Assembly (NCBI GenBank): GCA_003344405.1
Contig: NOWV01000256.1
Location: 62,001 to 86,255 of the forward strand
DNA: 24,255 bases
Direction of reading: 5' to 3'
Origin: Trichoplax sp. H2
Lineage: Eukaryota
Shown here in pieces: positions 1 through 10,025 of the stretch. The number at the start of each line of letters is the position of its first letter. The stretch's first letter is position 1. The position numbers and the translations under genes are program-made. The notes below the pieces were generated by a model that was not told where the DNA came from, ran no database searches, and saw nothing but the letters and a program-made list of their open reading frames with translations.

Positions 1-256
1 TCAAAATATTAATGATCATCGTCATCCCTATAAGACAATCGATAACCGTTATTAGATCTCTGCTGACATAGAAATTAATCATTTCCTCCTACATTATATC
101 CTCAAGTAGCAATATAACTCTCCTTTATTTTGGGGTGTATATGTTAGTAGCCACAAGGCAGTTATCTTTAGATAACTTATTAATGAAATTGCTGGTAATG
201 ATCTGGCATAGGGCTCTAAAAAATAATTCAGCCAGCAAAAACCCGTTAATATTTAT
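1..256 (+). repeat. Duplicated block matching 4362-4617 (left flank of the LTR insertion)
   Basis: Ungapped match at offset 4361; about 13 mismatches in 256 bp counted by eye (about 95% identity). Confidence 0.97.
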
Positions 257-758
257 TGTAGTAAGGGACTAAAAGTAAAGTCCTATATAGCTTTTAGTAT
301 GTAACTAGTATTATTTTAAAATAGAAAACACCTAGAAAATGATAGTGTCTTTAAGTTTTACCCTGCCAAATCATCATGTCGCCATCTTTTCTTCATCATT
401 ATTTTACAAGGTATTATATAGATTACTATAGAAGTAGCCCGAGAGCAATTGCCTAATCTAAAGAAAGGGCGTTTGATTGTCTATTCAAATTGCAAAGGAA
501 TTCGACTTAGTAGCTAAACCCTATCCTTAGAGAAAGGGGATTTATAACATGACGATAAAGTACTGTAATGTAGTCTATAATCGTACAGTTACAGTACAAT
601 CTGACGCTAACACATCAACTGTCAATACCCAGCGATACTAATGTCAGAAAAGTAGTCGTGATAGTCATATAAAATTTTTTGATTAGCGAGATAGCGAGTA
701 CTATATATAATCTTTATAAAATCCGGATTTTTCGGATTCGGATTCCGGAACCGGTCGG

Positions 759-822
759 ATTTATGTCCGATATAATTTTCCTATTTTAATTTATGTTTGA
801 TATAATTTTCCTGTTTTAATTT
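759..822 (+). repeat. Tandem repeat, about 2 x 30 bp, followed by a G11 tract (823-833)
   Basis: ATTTATGTCCGATATAATTTTCCTATTTTA / ATTTATGTTTGATATAATTTTCCTGTTTTA, three mismatches. Confidence 0.92.
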
Positions 823-843
823 GGGGGGGGGGGATTTTTGTTC

Positions 844-949
844 ATGAAAAATATCGTAAGAGTTGATTTTTGAAATTCGGACTTTTTGTTATGAATTTGA
901 AACTTTGGAATTTTATGACGTGACTTGAAGTCACATTAGGAGAATTTAG
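844..949 (+). repeat. 106-bp contig-end overlap, identical to 9153-9258
   Basis: ATGAAAAATATCG...GAGAATTTAG lies directly before gap 1 and directly after gap 2, with no differences seen. Confidence 0.97.
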
Positions 950-969
950 NNNNNNNNNNNNNNNNNNNN
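950..969. other. Assembly gap (20 N)
   Basis: Run of N. Confidence 1.
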
Positions 970-1444
970 GAATTGCAAGATAATAGATGAATTAAATGTC
1001 GAATCTTAACATCAAATCTTTAATTTATCCATTTTTGTACGATTGTGTGTGAAGAAGATTAATATTTAGAATTCTCCTTCAAGCTTTTTATTATTTTAAT
1101 AAGTATTGCAGCTTAAAAAAACTTGTTTTGATTTAACTATTGCAAGCTTGAATTAATATGTAGCATAATTTTGATAAGAATTGCACGATGTTGGATTTTA
1201 ATTTATGTGATGTATTTAGTCAGTATTATACTCATACGTTAATTATGATAAAAACTTATAGCTAATTTCGATTAAAAAATGTAGAAGCAATGTTACTTTG
1301 TTATCGTATACGGTGTGTAACCAAAGATTTGAGCTGGGTTCTAATTTAAGATTATTGGTCAGCTTTAGCCATTTTTTATAGCTATATGATATATACTGTA
1401 GAAAAGTACAATTTTTAGATTTATTAACATTTGGAATCTAGGGT

Positions 1445-2074
1445 TGTGACAGTGTTATATACTGTATTAGAGTAGAAATATCTACGTTAGGATAATTCTG
1501 TTAGACTATCCTTATTTAGTTAACTTCTAATTTGGATATACTGTGTTTTAATATAGCACTGACTTTGTATGACAGTGACACTTATACAAATACTGAAATT
1601 AATAGTTATAATAGGGAATGCAAATCATCTGCTTACAGTTCCAATCATTGTGATTGTAATTTACTTATGGTAGATTGTAAATTATCATGGAAATGTTCCG
1701 TGATGGGACATATCGTAATCTGACTATTCTGTATTAGTCATTACATGTCTATGTTCGTAAATACTGTTGTCTGCATTAAGGGAGCAGTAGCTATAATTAA
1801 TATCTAATTCAGTAAATGATTCCAATGTTAATTGTATTAACTATGACTCATGAACTATTGAGGAAGAGTATACAAATGCAGTATATCGTGCAATAAAGAG
1901 GATTCTCAAACTTAGTGTTTAACATAAAATACGAGGCGTTTAAGTCTTTGGGTAGTCTGCTAGTAGAGCAAAAGTGTTCGTGATAGTGCAGATATCGTTC
2001 CTTGATACGTGGTTCAAAGAATTGACTTATTGATTGTATATTACGTTATCTTGTTGCAAAGCTGTTTTGTGACA
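1445..2074 (+). mobile_element. Solo LTR, 630 bp, 5-bp TSD AGGGT
   Basis: AGGGT (1440-1444) | TGTGACAG...TTGTGACA | AGGGT (2075-2079). TATAAT at 1792-1797, AATAAA at 1892-1897. Its 3' end (2042-2074) resembles that of the 5733-6281 element. Confidence 0.75.
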
Positions 2075-3634
2075 AGGGTACAATTTATCTGATCATGTGT
2101 TTAATTGCTAGTTTTTCTTGGAATACTTTAGAATTGCAATTTGATAGTCTGATATCATCAACTGCTCAGCTTAGCATATAAAAGATGCAGTATTTCAGTA
2201 AAAAAAGTGGTTCAAGTTTTAGTTCCAGTAAGGAAGTACGAAGAAGCTCAGGATATTGTAAGTAATTTTTTGACAATGTGTTTGATTGAGGCAGTAATTC
2301 TGCCTTTATTGTAATTTTTAATTAGATTTATAAGTTTTTAACTAAAGTTAAAATAAAGTTGTGTTTCTTCCGTAGCGTATTTGTAATTTTCAACGTGTTT
2401 ATTTTTTCTTCTAAAGTATACAATTTTGCAATTATTGCTCTTCTAATTCTTGATTTTAAGCTAATTTAGCTGCAATACACGGTGCTTATTAAAAAATAAT
2501 TTAACTGCGGTTTATCAGATTCTGATCGTGAATAATTTTAGTTTAGCAAACAATTTTGATTATGCTGTATTCATTTCCTATTACTCTCCCTGCTGTTAAA
2601 ATTGGCCTTTAATTTTCTTACTAAATATATTTATGGCACAGTAAGAGGTGAATATATAGTATATAATAGATTTCGTGAAAGTTAGTATCCTCTTTGCTTC
2701 ATTGATAATATTATTTTTGACGAAGTTTAAATCGATTACTTTAGAAAGCATTATCATCTTTTATTAATTTAGGGAGCTTGAAAATGCTTAACTTAGTTGT
2801 ATGGCTCACTTTTTACATCACACTACGATGAAAATTCACATTTGTTAGGCTTTCTGCTCATAAAGTTGGCAAATATTTCTAGTATTATTAAAATCTAAAT
2901 CGATATGGAAGCTTACTATATGGAGTTAAAATAAGTCTTGCATTCAATCCTATAATATCGTACTTAGAGTAATGTTATCTGACAGTTATAAATGTCGGAT
3001 GACTTACTACATGGTTATCGCATCAGTTATTCGCTGCCTGGATAAAGTAATTTAAAATTTGCACACACTAAAATATATACATATCTCATTCTACTGTAAA
3101 AGATATCAGCTATGACAGTAACTACATAGAATCATAAAGATAATTCATAATTGAAGTCTGCACAATTCTACTGAGAGATGCTGAAGATAGCAGATCGAAT
3201 AAAGTAAAAGTCTGGAATTTAGTCCATAAAGTAAAGCTCTACTTTGATCACCCTGTCTGGGAAATTTTCTATTTATTTACATGTAAATAAAATCTATCAA
3301 ACTTGATAACAACCAGATAATAATCTGCGGATCAAGAGTAGCTAAAGAATTCGTAAAAGCTTACTGTTAGTAACATTAATTTGAAACCGTAAAATGTATA
3401 ACTATAACTAGAAATACAACAGAAGTAGTCTAGTATCAGGTTTGTCCATGTGATATGTACCTGCAGTATTACTCAAACACTGACGATCTCCTATCATCAT
3501 ATATTATAGTAGCAACTAGTTTCTCTTAGGCAATAAATAAACCCAAAGTTTTGTTGAAAATCATTTAATTTATACTACAGTTACAGGAACTACTAAGATC
3601 ATATTTTGGTATTAATTGCTGATGGAATGGCTAA

Positions 3635-4024
3635 TGTTAGTATTAATTATCAAGATTTAGATATCGTTCTCTACTATTAATGTAATTAACCTGAATTATT
3701 AATTCATACTTGAATATGGCTGCATAAATTAGATAATACATAAGTCTGAAAAAGCTAAGCCAGTGAGTAAGTGAGCTAGAAAGATCGTAGAGTTTTAAAT
3801 CTGAAACCAGATCATTTTTATCATTTTTTACTCGTTCGCAACATAAAGGCTTAGGTGTTTAGTTTTGTGTTTAGTTGCTCATTTATAAATTCCAATTTTA
3901 AGTCAATAAATAGGATATATTGGTAAATCTATAAGTTTAGTCATTCTTAGTTAGCATATCTCAAGAGCAATATTGGTTATTGGTACTTAGATAATGTCAT
4001 AACATTATACATCTATTGACTACA
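3635..4024 (+). mobile_element. Possible older solo LTR, 390 bp, imperfect TSD GCTAA/GCTAT
   Basis: TGTTAGT...GACTACA termini, 4/5 flanking match, TATAAA near 3884 and AATAAA near 3905. Shares the 11-mer AGATCGTAGAG with the minus strand of the 18645-19061 element. Could be chance in AT-rich DNA. Confidence 0.3.
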
Positions 4025-4361
4025 GCTATGTAATTTGGGATAGATAAAGTATTATAAGTCATTCACTAGGTAAGTAAATATGTGAAAGCTACATTACGGT
4101 TGCTATGCAAAAGCTCTTTCATTACACTAATTCAAAAAAAGAGTACGAAATTCTTATAATGATTACGCCATTACTAATTCCTAAACATGTCAATAATTAG
4201 ATTTCATTCTATCACAGCTGAAAGATTAAATTTCCTCAATAAAGATTAAGCTAGTTTTTTAAGAAATCATTGTTTGTTTATTTTCTTCATAAACTATTCT
4301 GCTATTAACCTACATATAAACATCTACCTTTAAAAATACAATTATACCAGATCTTATCTTA

Positions 4362-4617
4362 TTAAAATATTAATGATCATCGTCATCCTTATAAGACAAT
4401 CGATAAACGCTATTAGGTCTCTGTTGACATAGAAATCAATCATTTCCTCCTACATTATATCCTCAAGTAGCAATATAAATTTCCTTTATTTTGGGGTGTA
4501 TATCTTAGTAGCCACAAGGCAGTTATCTTTAGATAACTTATCAATGAAATTGCTGGTAATGATCTGGCATAGGGCTCTAAAAAATAATTCAGCCAACAAA
4601 AACCCGTTGATATTTAT
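4362..4617 (+). repeat. Duplicated block matching 1-256; ends at the empty insertion site TTAT (4614-4617)
   Basis: Same alignment as above; runs directly into the 4.5-kb block, sharing the single TTAT. Confidence 0.97.
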
Positions 4618-7600
4618 AGTACAGAATTTAAAGTCAGTCACACATTAAACATAAATTTTTTAAACCGCAAAAAATGTAAAACTTTATTTACATTTTTAAA
4701 TAAGGCAAATCGATAGCTTTGACGTTTGTATGAGTTACATTTATTGTTACAGTATTTGAAAAAACTGGAACATAAATTATTATCTCTTAAAAACTGAATT
4801 CCGTAAAGTATTTTCTAAACTTCACGCTGCTCCAGACATAAATAACGGGAATTTACTGTTGTAACTACAGGATGAAATTAAAATATATGCAGAGAAACAA
4901 ATCATAGAAATTATTGAGTCATTGATCAAATTAGACGAAACCGAAATTAAAATTCAATCGAAAATAGGTCAATTTACTTTAAAGTAGAGTTAAAAATGCA
5001 ATAGCTATCAATAAAGAGATATTATGAACCTATTTACTATAAAAATATCTACAGCTCCATAGTTGACACCATTATTAAGAAATACCAATAATTTTATTGA
5101 ATAAATAAGATATTAGTAGAAGAATGTACATAAATATATCACTGCGCGACAATTAGTTCTTGTTTTATTCAAGAATTGTTTTGTTGGTTACCATAAAATA
5201 ATCCTACAAAGAAAATCAATATATATATTCTATCAATACCAATTCATGCAAAGCTAATGGAAATTATAGAGATACAGTTCAAAATTTCCCGAATCTGATC
5301 TTCATTACTTGTATCATTTTATGCTCAAACCTTACGAAACATTCGCGATAAATATTAATTGATAATATTCAACCTTTATCTTTATTTCATAATATTACAA
5401 AAATATCTGTAAGTTATTATTGCAATACTATTGACGGAAGAAACATGAAACAATCAATTTTTACTATTAAGGCGCTGAATTATCATTTAATTAAGAATGA
5501 AATTTAATAACCAATTCATAATTCAATTTAAGAGTAGTAACTGGTGAAATTTTTATTTTTTTAGCGAATGTTATCATATTCGTTTAGCACATAATTTCGT
5601 AATCAATCTTATCCTGATTTACTAATTTGTATATTTTTGATTAGTGTTCTATAATGAAACAAACCATTGTCAGTTATTTTGACAATAATTTCCTTGTGTT
5701 AAGCTTATCCTATCAGTTTGCAAAATTACAGGTCTTACGGTGTTGCCTTGCCATTAGGATAATTTAATAAGTACAGTAATAGCTAGTATGGAGAATATCC
5801 ATATTTGTAGTGCTAGGTAAGATAAGTAAAGCCTTAACATGAATGTTGTTTGTGATAGTTCGTCAAATATTCGATATTAATTGTTATTGTGTGATAGATA
5901 GCAGTAAGATAATTCAAGTGCTAGTTGGTGATAGTTGAATTAGACAACCTACGAGCTTAGATTATGATTAAGTATGAGTAAGAGATTCAAACTATTTACA
6001 GATAGAAAAGCTATGTAAGGAGCGTCTCAGTTCGAATTGTTCCTCCTAGTAAGGTATAATAATAATACTGTTGTTTACGAATTAGACGGTTCCTATATAA
6101 ACGGGACCATTTGAGTTGAGTGGGGTGGTAAAAAATTGTAGATGTATCTTTGCTAATAAAAGTTTCATCTTTACGGTATTTTGCTGTGTGTGTTTAACGT
6201 CAAGTAAAAGGGCATTTAAGTCAGTAGCTACTTATAGACTTTTACTGTACGTTACCTTGTTGCAGAAGTCAAATTGTGACAACAGGTAGCTGTCATAATT
6301 TTCTAACCCTACCCTGCAATAATACGACTACTACGTAATTGCATTAAAAATAGCGGAATTGAATTCGTGCAGAATAGGATACCGTACTTAGTATTTATTC
6401 TTTACAATTTTTCTGGAAATGAATGGAAAATCTCTTATTAGTTTACTATTACGAATCGAACCTGGGCATTTTCTTACCTGTACTTTGCCTTTTTTTAAAT
6501 TATAATTAAATAATTTTTATGCTTAATACATTCTAACCAGCCCAATCTCAGCTTTCTTAATGCCTAATAACTCAATGGCCTTATAATTGCTATACATTAA
6601 TGCACAATTGCTATAATTTTTCTTTTACGTTAAAAAATTAAATATTTTTTTATTGTCTTTTGCCCTTAATTGAAATCGATCTGCTTAATGCAAACGCTAC
6701 AGCGTTAGTAATATCTCTACATGGAAGACAATCTTATAAATTGCCTACAGGCATCTTAAAAATACTGCATAGAGGCAAAGAAATGAAACAGATTTTGATG
6801 TCTCTTTTTTGGCTCTAACTGAGCTTGATGACATAATTAATATAATTAAAAACCTCTAATGTTGCATTAATTCAGCAAAGTAACTGCTACGGAGTAACTA
6901 TTGCGAAGCTACCGTAACATAGATTCTATAAGATATCTTATTTAGGAATATATTTATATACTGTTATCTATGACGTTTTACATATTTTAACAGAGAACTG
7001 TATAACTTTATAATATTATCTATAAATTGAAAATTAATGTTGGAGCCATAGTGTAGGTTAAAGTCATGAAAGATAAACCTGACAGTAGATTTTTCGTAAG
7101 TAGTTTCTGCTTTAGTTTAACTCTTTCCTGCGATACAAATTTCGAATTATAACAGTAACATTTAAAGTTTATCTTATAAATATATCATCGTATGTTACAA
7201 GCTATGTCTTAATATTACTCTAAATAGAGCAAAGTCAGCAGCTATACACATATTTCTACTTCATAGATCAAGGTAATAAATTTTTCATCGCCTAGCCCGA
7301 AAGCTAATCTATTAAGTGCTTAATTTTAACTTCAACTTAATCTCTCTCGATGTTACATCTTTAACGTCTAGTTAGGAGTGCAATTTTCTTTAATAATGTG
7401 ATTCACTATTATAAACTTTGAATATGGATCTATAAAAATTGATGCTCTTTAATCAAACTATACATTGTGGGAGTAAATCATATATTAAGTACAACTTATA
7501 ACAACTGCGAATTTTTTCATTGAAACCTTAAATAGTAGGCATTCATCTTAGCTAGTACAATAAATTTAAAGCGCAAAACACGTCATTTAGGATTATGGTA

Positions 7601-9132
7601 CAGCAAATTTACCGGAATTTATAAGAAAGAGTCGTCAATACTTAAGTGATAAGCTAAATAAAATTTCTTGACATGTCATTACTGGCTTAATATTTTGAAT
7701 TTTCGTAATAAACTTCAACTGGTTACATAATTTTTCATCAAGCTGAATTTATCCAATTTTGTTCATCAACGCATTTTAATTCATAAATAAGTTCTAACAC
7801 TGATGCCCGCCTGTCCACATCACATCTACTAATTTCATTAGTAGATTTAATAATAATATAGCGATAAAGCTTATCCTTTAGGTGAGATCATTTCGAAAAG
7901 GCGCCCAATTCATTACTTTTCTAGTATTACTAGAAAGGCGTGAGCGTATAAAACAAAGAAAAGGCCTTCTAAAAAATTGATCGTAAGACTTATATATGTA
8001 CGAGATAAAGAGTCATAAAAATTTTGCTATTGCACTCAAGCTTGATTCGTCTAACAATACTAGGAACTAAGGTATCTACCTTTAGCCTACAACTGTCTAA
8101 CTGTTTACAATAAAATCTACGATTTATATACCATTTTTTGGCTATATCACTTTGTAGTATGCTACTATTAGAAGCAATTCTGCTCATGCTGCGGTAATTT
8201 TTAACTAGCAGTTGAATACTATTTCATTGTTGATCACAGTTGGTGCCATGCATTCAAATTTCTCCTTTTACGGCGCATGTTCATTTTTTGATAATATTGT
8301 TACATATTAGCTTTCAATAGTAACTTTTACTACAAAGGGATAAGAATAATGGTAAATGTCTGAAATCCACATGCTTTGTTTTACTAATGGGGTACAACTA
8401 ATGATCGATGGCTATAATCAAGAAAATAGGTAAAGAAACCAAAAAATATAGTGAATAATATCAATGAGATTCGTGCACGCGATGTTATTCTAAGCAATGC
8501 GAATACCTAACGCGTGCAACCTCAAATGCTTGCTTACGGTGTAAAATATTTTACAACGTGTATAGCATATTATCCTGAGATGAAATGCGGTACATCATTT
8601 AATTACTAATTTGACATATAATACAATATCAAAATTTGCTTGCGAATCAAAGAAAATTTTAGTGGCATATTGTTGTTTATTAAACTATTAAATCTAAAAT
8701 TCATGACAATGTTCAAACTCCCTTGCTGTTAATAATGACCATAATATTTTCTTTAAAATTATTCTTCGTCATATAAAAGCTGTAAATGAACGTGTCACCA
8801 TATTAATGGCAAAGTAAAAAATTGAAGACCAAAACTATCTTTTGAAACTTGCGGCTATATTTTACCATGCTAACTAACCAAATTATGTTTAATGAACATC
8901 AGCCATAAATAGAGCAACCAAAAATACTGCTTAAATACTTTTGTATTGCAATTCATGTTTACAACACATATGATCGTAATAACAAGATTTGAAATGGCAG
9001 AGAAGTTTTGGTCATTAAATCTTTTATTACATGACAAACGTAGAAATAAATACTAATAACAAGTAAAGGCTTTATTACATCAACACATCTTCCCAGATAT
9101 AAATCGAAATTGTAATGACTTAATATAATTTA
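4614..9132 (+). repeat. 4.5-kb duplicated block, copy 1 (probable alternative haplotype of 10026-14480)
   Basis: Collinear with 10026-14480 from TTATAGTACAGAATT up to the contig end at the N gap, with scattered substitutions and small indels. 4519 bp vs 4455 bp. Confidence 0.97.
5733..6281 (+). mobile_element. Solo LTR, 549 bp, 5-bp TSD ACAGG (middle-contig copy; starts TC instead of TG)
   Basis: ACAGG (5728-5732) | TCTTACGG...TTGTGACA | ACAGG (6282-6286). TATATAAA at 6094-6101, AATAAA at 6155-6160. The other copy (11147) has the TG start. Confidence 0.72.
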
Positions 9133-9152
9133 NNNNNNNNNNNNNNNNNNNN
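9133..9152. other. Assembly gap (20 N)
   Basis: Run of N. Confidence 1.
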
Positions 9153-10025
9153 ATGAAAAATATCGTAAGAGTTGATTTTTGAAATTCGGACTTTTTGTTA
9201 TGAATTTGAAACTTTGGAATTTTATGACGTGACTTGAAGTCACATTAGGAGAATTTAGATTTAGTGAGGAAAATAGAAAATAAGATGGAAATTGGCAGAG
9301 GTTGTGTTGATTATCAAGTAGTTAGACTGTTGTTATTATGACTAAATCTTGATGTTTAAAGGTTGATTTTTAGACTTTCATAGTGTATTAATGATAGAAA
9401 TTATATTAGAAGTGAAGTTTGATGTATTTTTATAGTTAGCTTGTTAGTTTTATAGTGTTTTGTAAGGGAATCATAGGGTAAATTGTGTCTGAACTTTGAG
9501 TGATTTTTGTTTTCTTAAATGGTGCAAAGTAGTGTTCTAAAACGGATCTTAAGAGCGATTGGTTAGCAAATGTTTAGTTTTAAATATCTCTGACGGCTCT
9601 ACGAAGGTTAGCAAATGTTTAGTTTTAAATACCTCTGACGACTCTACGAAGCCTATAAATGATAGTGCAATTAGAAAATTTAGAGAGAGAGTAGAAGAAG
9701 ATTTTATTTAAAGAACTTGTTGAATTAAAAAGGCCTTCGGGGTCGAATTGTCGTAAGTTTAAAACGTTCTTCTTTTTGAAAGGTTGTTTGGTCGTTGACA
9801 GTTTTTTAAGTCTGTCATTTATTTTAATAATACTTAAAACTAAGTATTTGTAAGGTTGTTCGGTTCATACTTCTCTCCATGTTTGTTTTGTAATAAATTG
9901 TTCGGTTATTCCCCAAATTTTATTTGGTGTCAAAGTTTTGCTAAGTCGACCCGAGTGCAACGAAAGTAGAATCAAAGTTTGTTAAAGTTTTGTAGCTTGA
10001 TTTCTACACATTTCATTTCATTACA
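9153..10025 (+). mobile_element. Right part of the 1460-bp solo LTR (U3 repeats, TATA box, polyA signal, CA end)
   Basis: Ends ...TTCATTACA at 10025, followed by TTAT (10026-10029), where similarity to 4614 onward resumes. Contains a 2x45-bp tandem repeat (9561-9650), TATAAA (9654-9659) and AATAAA (9892-9897) in LTR order. Termini TGTAGT/ATTACA form an imperfect inverted repeat. Confidence 0.8.
9561..9650 (+). repeat. Tandem repeat, 2 x 45 bp, directly upstream of a TATA box
   Basis: GGTTAGCAAATGTTTAGTTTTAAATAYCTCTGACGRCTCTACGAA at 9561-9605 and 9606-9650, two mismatches. Confidence 0.95.

Larger units (their letters stand above)
257..949 (+). mobile_element. Left part of a 1460-bp solo LTR (continues at 9259-10025 after rejoining the contigs)
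   Basis: Similarity to 4362-4617 stops at 256 and the unmatched sequence starts TGTAGT right after TTAT (253-256). 844-949 is identical to 9153-9258, linking it to the right part. Confidence 0.8.

Noticed and set aside
1532..1723. 63-aa ORF
   Set aside because: TTG start, no motif, lies wholly inside a solo LTR.
7990..8187. 65-aa minus-strand ORF, also present at 13345-13542
   Set aside because: Its presence in both copies reflects their 95% identity. Several amino acids differ in 65 codons, there is no recognisable domain and no sign of purifying selection.
675..10025. Helitron/Helentron (DINE-1-like) interpretation of the CGGATT module
   Set aside because: No matching subterminal inverted repeat or 3' hairpin with CTRR found; the enclosing insertion has LTR-type ends and a TSD.
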